Source of the DNA: an uncultured virus (IMG/VR IMGVR_UViG_3300035445_000118)
Lineage: Duplodnaviria > Heunggongvirae > Uroviricota > Caudoviricetes
Virus record (IMG/VR): IMGVR_UViG_3300035445_000118
Strand: one strand, 5' to 3'
DNA: 64,000 nucleotides
Shown here: piece after piece, positions 57,205-64,000 of the stretch
Position numbering within the stretch: position 1 is the stretch's first letter
Layout: each line of letters opens with the position of its first letter
Position numbers and translations under genes: made by a program
Notes under the pieces: generated by a model
Told to the model about the DNA's origin: nothing
Database searches by the model: none
The model's input: only the letters and a program-made list of their open reading frames with translations

Positions 57205-57233
57205 GAATCTAATTTCTCAAGAGGAGAATCTAA
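57177..57233 (+). repeat. cluster of four GAATCTAA direct repeats
   Basis: Copies at 57177, 57190, 57205 and 57226. Confidence 0.9.
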
Positions 57234-57235
57234 AT

Positions 57236-57706
57236 ATGAATCCCGTGAAGAATGTCTTGAGAGAATACCGGCGCCAGATCGTCAACCGCGCCGTGTACTA
57301 TGGCGGTGAACGCGAGCGGGCGAGCGCGACGATCTACGCCTATCATCAAACGCACAATCTGATCCTGGACTTTCGCCAGATCGCACGCGAGGGCGGCCAT
57401 TTGTCCTATGGGCGCGGCGGCTGGACTTTGCATGTCGGCACGCTCAAGTCCATTCAAGGGTACGGCGGCCTGGAGCAGCCGATCCCCCTCCTGGCCATTT
57501 TGTTAGGTGTACCGGTCATCAACACCCGCACGATCCCCGATGAGGTGATCGATCAGGTGATCGCGTTCCCTATGGCCCGCGCGGGCTGTCAACAATACGG
57601 GCCGTTCACCGCGTGGGATTATGCGCCGCTCGCCTATGTGGCCCGACTCTATCAGGCGTTGGGCGCGACCCTGTACAATTTTCCGACCGTGGAATCTAAT
57701 TTCTGA
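57236..57706 (+). CDS. hypothetical protein
   Basis: GAGGAG RBS. Confidence 0.6.
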   Translation: MNPVKNVLREYRRQIVNRAVYYGGERERASATIYAYHQTHNLILDFRQIAREGGHLSYGRGGWTLHVGTLKSIQGYGGLEQPIPLLAILLGVPVINTRTIPDEVIDQVIAFPMARAGCQQYGPFTAWDYAPLAYVARLYQALGATLYNFPTVESNF

Positions 57707-57750
57707 ATCTGATCGGCACGACTCTAATTCTCTGAGGAGAGACACTAAAC

Positions 57751-58896
57751 ATGGGCACCCTGTATCGTATCACCTCCAGCGGCATGAAAGCGGTTGAACC
57801 GGTCCGCTTTGAACCGGGCAAAGTCTATTACTACGGCGCGCATATTCCCGCCAGTGTGATCTATGTCACCCGCACCGACGACGACACGATCTACTATTTG
57901 AAACTGATCGATCACCTGTACGGCAGTGAGCCGACGCACGAATGGAAAGAATCCAGCGCGCACCTGTCTTTGAGCGTTAACAGCGGCGTTGAAATTATGA
58001 CTCGCCAGCTCGCCGAGCTGGGCGATCACCCGATGAATCTGTTTCACCGCGCCAGTATCACCCGTATTCTGGCCGGGGACCCTGCCGGGTTTGACCTCCC
58101 GACGGATTACCAAACGTTTGACGCCTGGAGTATCCAATGCCTGAAGGAACAGAACGAACGCGCCGCCGAACGCGCTCAAATGAAACACTATACCCTGATC
58201 GAGACGGCGAATTTTATTCGCGCCGTCCTGAAAAAAGAATTTCCCGGTCAGAAATTCAGCGTTCGGTCGGATCGCTTCAGTATGGGCAGCTCGATTGATG
58301 TCAAGTGGATCGATGGACCGACCCAAACCGAAGTCAACGATCTTATCAAACGTTTTGCCAGTAAGGGAGTCACCGATAATACCGATTATACGCCCGATGT
58401 GGACGGGATCGGCCCCGATGGCCAGCCCTGCACTTATGGCGCCTCGTATGTGAATGGATCACGGACCTACAGCGCCGATTTTTTACAGCGCGTAGCCGCC
58501 CTGGAATGTCCGAAATGGGGCAAAACGGCGGCGGATCTGAATCTGGTAAACTGCGAGGACAGCGAACCTTATTTCGCCCATGAGCCCGCCGTCATCGTAG
58601 ACCCCCACGGCCACCCGTTCGGGCGCACCTTGCGGGATCGCGTGATGACCGCCGTTTACGAGACGAGTGATTATCACCGCCCAGAACCCGTAACCATCGA
58701 ATCTAAACCGGTGAGCGTCGACTCTCAACCCATGATCACCAGCGACCGCCCGACCAGCCGAGTCGGCGAGTACAAAGGTCACCCGACGATTACCCTCATC
58801 GACGGCGATAAGGAATTTTCGTTCGGGCTGGCCAAAGCCCGTCAAATTCTCGCGAACTTGACCGCCATTCAAGCGTTTGTCGAGTCGCAGTCCTGA
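57751..58896 (+). CDS. LPD29 (large polyvalent protein domain)-containing protein
   Basis: ETANFIRAVLKKEFPGQKFSVRS..SIDVKWIDGPT signature. Confidence 0.75.
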   Translation: MGTLYRITSSGMKAVEPVRFEPGKVYYYGAHIPASVIYVTRTDDDTIYYLKLIDHLYGSEPTHEWKESSAHLSLSVNSGVEIMTRQLAELGDHPMNLFHRASITRILAGDPAGFDLPTDYQTFDAWSIQCLKEQNERAAERAQMKHYTLIETANFIRAVLKKEFPGQKFSVRSDRFSMGSSIDVKWIDGPTQTEVNDLIKRFASKGVTDNTDYTPDVDGIGPDGQPCTYGASYVNGSRTYSADFLQRVAALECPKWGKTAADLNLVNCEDSEPYFAHEPAVIVDPHGHPFGRTLRDRVMTAVYETSDYHRPEPVTIESKPVSVDSQPMITSDRPTSRVGEYKGHPTITLIDGDKEFSFGLAKARQILANLTAIQAFVESQS

Positions 58897-58997
58897 CCGT
58901 TCAACCGGTGCGCACGAGTCCGCGAGCTCCCCCGTTCGCGGATTCCCGGCAAGGGTTGAATTGTGGAACCATCCACATTTTAGAGGAGTGTAACGCT

Positions 58998-59456
58998 ATG
59001 AAACTATACGATGATTACCGCTATGAATACCAAGTCCGTTCAACGAGTATGGATAATCCCGGTGCGTGGGAGCATGTGCGGACGGTTTCCGATCCGAACT
59101 CTGAAACCGGGATTACGCTCACCTACCGCCGCGCGCGCGTGCCTTATCACGCCGATTGTGAGTGCTGTAAATCTCACCGCGTGCACGCGCTTTCGTATCA
59201 CTGGGGTCTCTTGGCCGCTTATGCTTACGATCTGATCGTGGATGTCATCTCCGAGGATACTCGGTTATGGATCAAAGGGCTGGAGCCCTACGAACGGCGC
59301 GCGATTTATGATCGTCTGATAGTTAATGCCCAACACGATCAAAATGAATGGGAGCACTTCCCTCACGATTTCGCCGACAATCTGAATCGTGCCGGAGATC
59401 GTCACTGGCTGGATTGCGCGTTGGTCTGGTTTGAACTGTACGGCATGGAGGACTAA
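58998..59456 (+). CDS. hypothetical protein
   Basis: GAGGAG RBS. Confidence 0.55.
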   Translation: MKLYDDYRYEYQVRSTSMDNPGAWEHVRTVSDPNSETGITLTYRRARVPYHADCECCKSHRVHALSYHWGLLAAYAYDLIVDVISEDTRLWIKGLEPYERRAIYDRLIVNAQHDQNEWEHFPHDFADNLNRAGDRHWLDCALVWFELYGMED

Positions 59457-60826
59457 TGGATACCCGACCCTGTACCACCTTCAGCACGTGGGAGCGCGTC
59501 CGCCGGGATTGCCGAGCGACCGGCTACCATCCCGCCGAGACCTACCGCGCGCACAATCTGATCCCCCTGGTCACCTGGAATCTGATTCACCTCCGGCGTT
59601 ATCGGGCCGATCAGGCCGTGTATGTGTTCGACCGGCCCGACGTAGATCGGTTCATCGGCGGTCAGTTTTCCGTCAGTGCGGCGGCCCTGAAAGCGGCACT
59701 GAACCGACTCGCCATCAAAGATCAACATCATAAAGGGCATACAACGCTCGGCGGCGTCCAGGTCCGGGCCTATGGGGAGTATGTAGAGCTGGCCAGCTCT
59801 GAACGGACGGTGAAAATCACCCGGCTATCCGGTATAGGGCCCGATACCTCCTGGCTCACCGTCTCGGCCACCGCCCTCCAAGAGATCGCGACGCTGCACA
59901 CCCCCCCCCGCAAAACCGATCTGGCCGTCCTGAAACTGACCCTGACCGACCAGAATCTAATTCTGGAATCTAAATCGGATCGGCATTTCAATCCCCGCTA
60001 TACCCTGTACCGCCTGACCGGTCCGGTCTGGCCCCCACGCCCCGATCCCGATGAGTCCGCCGTGCGGCTGACCGTGGGCCCCGCCTTCTGGTCGGCCCTG
60101 ACCCGCGCCGTCAAGCTCCTTCCACCGACCGCTCGGAAACGGTATCCAGAGGTCTCACGGTTTGCCTATGTCTGGCTGGCCGTCCACCCGGATCGGCTGG
60201 TGCTGGCCGGGGCGAACGGCTACATGTTCAACCGGATCAGCCTGCCTCTGGAGACCGGAATCACCGCCCCGCGCTACGTCGGGCTGCCCCCGGAACTAGC
60301 CCAGCTGAATCTGAATGCGGAGTCGGCCACCCTGATGATTTGGGGAGAGTACGTCCGGGTCGAGACCGACTCGGAGTCGTTTCAATTCGTGACCGGTCCG
60401 TGTTACGAGGGGAACTTAGATGATCTGACGAACGGGGACGCTGTGCCCGTGGTGCTGCCTTATGCGGATCTCGCCCACGCCCTGAAGACCGTCGCCCCCA
60501 TTGCGAAGACCGATCACAATATCGTGCGGCTGGCCCTGCGAGAGAAGACGTTGACCGTCGCGGCGTCCTCCGCCGAACGCGGCGATAGTGCCGAATCTCT
60601 GGACCTGGACTCTGTTCCCAGCCTGGTCGCCCTGCCCGATCTGAAAATGGACCTGACCTACCTCAAAAAAGCCCTCGACGGTCTGAATCCCGGTGCCCAC
60701 GCCAAACTCCAACCGGTCACCCTGCTCTGGACGACCCACGACACACACCGCCCGCTGGGGCTCACGACCGCCGGACAGCCCGACACCTGGATTATGCCGA
60801 TGATTGAGCAAAACAAGGAGCGCTAA
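59456..60826 (+). CDS. DNA sliding clamp (Pol III beta)-like protein
   Basis: LAGANGY (cf. ATDG), L..ALKTV..IA, SAERGDS.E, YLKKALD, IMPM terminus. Confidence 0.65.
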   Translation: MDTRPCTTFSTWERVRRDCRATGYHPAETYRAHNLIPLVTWNLIHLRRYRADQAVYVFDRPDVDRFIGGQFSVSAAALKAALNRLAIKDQHHKGHTTLGGVQVRAYGEYVELASSERTVKITRLSGIGPDTSWLTVSATALQEIATLHTPPRKTDLAVLKLTLTDQNLILESKSDRHFNPRYTLYRLTGPVWPPRPDPDESAVRLTVGPAFWSALTRAVKLLPPTARKRYPEVSRFAYVWLAVHPDRLVLAGANGYMFNRISLPLETGITAPRYVGLPPELAQLNLNAESATLMIWGEYVRVETDSESFQFVTGPCYEGNLDDLTNGDAVPVVLPYADLAHALKTVAPIAKTDHNIVRLALREKTLTVAASSAERGDSAESLDLDSVPSLVALPDLKMDLTYLKKALDGLNPGAHAKLQPVTLLWTTHDTHRPLGLTTAGQPDTWIMPMIEQNKER

Positions 60827-60829
60827 CCC

Positions 60830-62287
60830 ATGATACACGCCGAACTCGCCGAGTTTTTCCCCACGCCGCGCGACGTGATCCACAAACTGATCGCGCCCGT
60901 GTATGATCGTCTCATGAAAGCGGAAACCACCCTCTTAGAGCCGTCGGCGGGCAAAGGGGATATTCTGGACCTGATCGCCGCCCAACGGCACGGGCAGACC
61001 TGCGCCCGCTTATATGCGATGGAGCTGCGCCGCGAGTTTCGCTATATCCTGGCCCAAAAAGGCTACGACGTAATCGGCGACGATTTTCTCGCCCCCTTCC
61101 CGGCCCGCCATATCGACGTGGTGATCATGAATCCCCCCTTTTCGAATGGGGATGAACACCTCCTGAAAGCCTGGGAGATCGTGGCCGCCGGGGGCGTGGT
61201 GGTCTGTTTGCTCAATGCGGAAACGGTGAACAACCCCTACACCGCCCGCCGCCAGCAGCTCAAGACAATTCTTGACCAGTACGGCACCGTGACCGCGCTC
61301 GGCGCCTGTTTCAAACACGCCGCCCGCCCCACCGACGCCGAGATCGTGCTGGTCGTCTTGAAGAAGCCCGCGCAAACTGAGAATCTGTTTGACGGCCTGA
61401 AGTTCGAACGCGCCCGCATGGAATCTGAAGGAGCGTTTACCACCGCCGAGCTGGCCAACACGAATCTGTTTGCGGCGCTGGTCGCCCAACATGATGCCGC
61501 CGCCCGCGCCCTGATCGAGCGCCACCGCTTGAGTCAGGCCATTGCCCATTACACCCGCGCGGTCTATACGCCGGGCCACTCACCAACGTTCCCCTATGAC
61601 GGGCTGAATACCGAACTGGACCGCCTGCGCGATCTGTTTTGGGCGTTCATCTTCGACCGTACCCGCATCGCCGCCTGGACGACCACCAAGGTGCGCAAGC
61701 AGTTTGAGCAGCAGCGCGCGGTGTCGATGCGCCTGGCCTTCACCCTGGACAATCTGATCGCCCTCCTGGAAACCCTGAAAGAAAACCAGGTGGAGATCAT
61801 GAAACAATGCGTGGTGGAAGTCTTCGACAAAATCACCGCCCTGCATGAAAAGAACACCCTCCACCGCGAAGGCTGGAAGACCAACAAATCCTGGATGGTG
61901 GCCCGTAAAATCATCGTGCCCAAAGGCGTCAGCTACGAGCCGAAATTCGACTCCTGGAGTACCTGCACGTATGATCAGAGTTTTTTTGAAGACCTGGATA
62001 AAGCCTGTTGCTTCCTGGATGGCAAACCTTACGACACCCTGCGCCAATACCATGATCTGGGTTCATCTAAATGGATCGTTCCAGAGTTCTGTACCATCAG
62101 TGACGCGATCTATCGTCACGTGCGCGAAAACGCCTTGAACTGGGATCAGCCCTTCGACAGTGGCTTTTTCACGATCCGAATTTACAAAAAAGGCACCGTG
62201 CATCTTGTGTTCAAAGACCCGTCCTTGTGGCAGCGCTTCAATCAGGCCGCGGCCGATGGCAAATGCTGGGTTGGACCAGGTTACTGA
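60830..62287 (+). CDS. N6-adenine methyltransferase with DUF4942 domain
   Basis: FFPTP, LEPSAGKG, MNPPF; C-terminal FF.IR.YKKGTVHL.F. Confidence 0.85.
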   Translation: MIHAELAEFFPTPRDVIHKLIAPVYDRLMKAETTLLEPSAGKGDILDLIAAQRHGQTCARLYAMELRREFRYILAQKGYDVIGDDFLAPFPARHIDVVIMNPPFSNGDEHLLKAWEIVAAGGVVVCLLNAETVNNPYTARRQQLKTILDQYGTVTALGACFKHAARPTDAEIVLVVLKKPAQTENLFDGLKFERARMESEGAFTTAELANTNLFAALVAQHDAAARALIERHRLSQAIAHYTRAVYTPGHSPTFPYDGLNTELDRLRDLFWAFIFDRTRIAAWTTTKVRKQFEQQRAVSMRLAFTLDNLIALLETLKENQVEIMKQCVVEVFDKITALHEKNTLHREGWKTNKSWMVARKIIVPKGVSYEPKFDSWSTCTYDQSFFEDLDKACCFLDGKPYDTLRQYHDLGSSKWIVPEFCTISDAIYRHVRENALNWDQPFDSGFFTIRIYKKGTVHLVFKDPSLWQRFNQAAADGKCWVGPGY

Positions 62288-62316
62288 TTGACGGACGCTA
62301 TACCATCTGCTATACT
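62288..62316 (+). promoter_or_regulatory. sigma70-type promoter
   Basis: TTGACG-N17-TATACT. Confidence 0.75.
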
Positions 62317-62347
62317 GAAGAGAAATCTAATCGAGGAGAGAAGGACC

Positions 62348-62950
62348 ATGAAACGCACGAGTAAGTACGCTCCCTATGTCCATGAATATCACGATAACCA
62401 GGGCCGCCCGTGGTATGCGGTGGGCCAGTACCATCCATCGCGCGGGCAATACACCCGCCCCCTGGATAGTCGTGAACGCCGCCGGACGGGCTGTTCGGCC
62501 GAGTTTGCACGTACCCCTGCTGGGATGCAATCTTACCGCACGCGCGCTCAAGCCCTCCGCCGCGCCCGCACGCTGTTTTCGGACGCCATCGGCGACTCCT
62601 ATCCCGACGATCTGATCGAGGCCCTGGAAACCCGTGAAGCCGGGCTGGCCGGGCCATTGATGACGGCGAACCAGGCCTGGGATCAACACCTGGATCAAGA
62701 AGTCGAGGCCGCCACCAGTTTGGGCCAGGTGCCAGGGACCGGTCAAGCCATCATCGCCCGTGAAAATCGGTTGCGAGCAGCGGGGAACATCTATTTCGAG
62801 CAGGGCTACCGCCTGCACCGCACCGCGCGTCAGGTGCGCGGGTTAGGCTTTACGATTCCAGACGACGCGATTGAGTACCGCATCGAGACAGCAGGCCATA
62901 TCGCCACCACGGAAGCCGTGCGGTTGGTCTATGTCACACGGAACGCCTGA
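62348..62950 (+). CDS. hypothetical protein
   Basis: GAGGAG/AAGGA RBS; ATG at 62348. Confidence 0.6.
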   Translation: MKRTSKYAPYVHEYHDNQGRPWYAVGQYHPSRGQYTRPLDSRERRRTGCSAEFARTPAGMQSYRTRAQALRRARTLFSDAIGDSYPDDLIEALETREAGLAGPLMTANQAWDQHLDQEVEAATSLGQVPGTGQAIIARENRLRAAGNIYFEQGYRLHRTARQVRGLGFTIPDDAIEYRIETAGHIATTEAVRLVYVTRNA

Positions 62951-62965
62951 CACTCATCACCCCGT

Positions 62966-62990
62966 GGGGGAGGATCGTCCTCCCCCTTTT
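62966..62990 (+). terminator. intrinsic terminator
   Basis: GGGGGAGGA/TCCTCCCCC stem followed by TTTT. Confidence 0.7.
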
Positions 62991-63009
62991 CATTCACAAG
63001 GAGAAGAAT

Positions 63010-63207
63010 ATGCCCCCCGGAAAACATCAAGTCCTGCGTAAAGGGGTCAGCTACAAGTTGCCCCCGCGTATTCTGGCGATGGTGGATGCGCTGGCCGAGC
63101 AGGCGAGCACCAGCAACACGCGCGCCATCGAGATCGCCATCGAGCAAGCCTACTACCGGCAGTTCCCCGACGTGTTGGGGCTGCCCGTCGCCGAATCTAA
63201 ATCGTGA
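63010..63207 (+). CDS. ribbon-helix-helix (CopG/Arc-like) regulator
   Basis: VSYKLP beta strand, then helices LAMVDALAEQ and SNTRAIEIAI; AAGGAG RBS. Confidence 0.7.
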   Translation: MPPGKHQVLRKGVSYKLPPRILAMVDALAEQASTSNTRAIEIAIEQAYYRQFPDVLGLPVAESKS

Positions 63208-63226
63208 ATCTAATCGAGGAGAGACG

Positions 63227-63811
63227 ATGATGCACGAAAACTTTAAATGGAATGGCGCGGGCTGGTATGCCAGTCGCCAAGAAGAGTTTGACCATGTGCA
63301 ATACATCAATACCTATTGGGTCGCCGAGTTCGATTCCGACCGATATGAAGCGGGAAGAGCGGCTCGTCAGGCCAACTTGGGTACCCCGCACCGCTATGCG
63401 GCCCCACCGGCGGGGACTGACAATCGGGTCGTGTGGAATCCGTCGGACGAACATGTCGCGCAGAATCAGCGCCGTGAAGTGATTGCTAACCTGTTCCATT
63501 TCGACCCCACCTACGAAGCCGCGCCCGGTCTGACCTGGGAAGTGGTAGTTACCGATGCGTCCGATCTGAACGGGGATGATCAGGCGGTCGCCATGCAGAA
63601 CGCGAAAGCAGCGACCACTGACCATTCACCTACCGGCTTGTGGGTCGCGGTGTGGGGTGGTACGCACCTCTGCGTGCCCGTGCCGAAAGCCTTAGCGCAA
63701 CAGATTGCCGAGGGCTTCAAGGGGGCGACGATCCGACGCCCCACCGAGTTGGAATATGAGATCATCGTGAACACCTGGCTCGCCATTCGTGAGAGACAGG
63801 ACGAGCAGTAA
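63227..63811 (+). CDS. hypothetical protein
   Basis: GAGGAG RBS before ATG at 63227. Confidence 0.6.
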   Translation: MMHENFKWNGAGWYASRQEEFDHVQYINTYWVAEFDSDRYEAGRAARQANLGTPHRYAAPPAGTDNRVVWNPSDEHVAQNQRREVIANLFHFDPTYEAAPGLTWEVVVTDASDLNGDDQAVAMQNAKAATTDHSPTGLWVAVWGGTHLCVPVPKALAQQIAEGFKGATIRRPTELEYEIIVNTWLAIRERQDEQ

Positions 63812-64000
63812 TATGACCCGCCCCCTGAGCACCCGCAGCCGCACCTACCTGGCCCACATCGCCAACTACGTCACGGGCTATGCTTTCCATATCCCGTTCT
63901 CCACCGAAATGATCCTGCGCAACGCGCGACTGATTGAATGGCGTGGGGAACGCGAGTTCGGACGGGATGTGCTGTACATCACCGACGCGGGGCGCAAGGT

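Noticed and set aside
57177..57233. GAATCTAA cluster as a CRISPR array
   Set aside because: Repeats are 8 bp with 5-13 bp gaps; no cas genes
1..64000. tRNA genes, integrase, transposases
   Set aside because: None recognised by eye; a tRNAscan run is needed to exclude tRNAs, and lifestyle cannot be assigned from this window

Overview
The window is most of the genome of a tailed dsDNA phage with siphovirus-type architecture. The host is probably monoderm; Chloroflexota/Anaerolineae is inferred from the sortase, the SH3 plus GH-A-type lysis candidate and the lack of a recognisable peptidoglycan hydrolase. Layout: (1) 1-12.7 kb, + strand: replication and DNA-modification genes (SLOG, nuclease, initiator, primase-polymerase/SF4 helicase, adenine MTase, HNH, ASCH, Mom-like GNAT, GNAT fused to a TGT-like barrel). 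(2) 12.7-55 kb, - strand: TerS, MTase, TerL, portal, then a ~15 kb glycan-biosynthesis island with its own promoter, head genes with one more glycosyltransferase directly behind the major capsid gene, neck, tail, tape measure, tail tip, a sortase and a lysis module. The island holds 7 glycosyltransferase-like genes, 3 O-methyltransferases, a UDP-glucose dehydrogenase and a GDP-mannose 3,5-epimerase-like enzyme, interleaved with 16 small ORFs. (3) 55.1-64 kb, + strand: early-type genes (LPD29, sliding-clamp-like, DUF4942 MTase, RHH regulator) with intergenic hairpins and a GAATCTAA-N5-GAATCTAA repeat. The strongest candidate for a novel system is a self-sufficient virion glycosylation pathway making a methylated, probably uronic-acid-containing glycan, embedded in the head module. 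Other notable points: a tail-module sortase, a PA-X-like +1 frameshift in the tail chaperone, a promoter-leader-terminator checkpoint before the capsid operon, and a 12-bp motif shared by three promoters. All functional calls come from motif recognition by eye; no searches were run.
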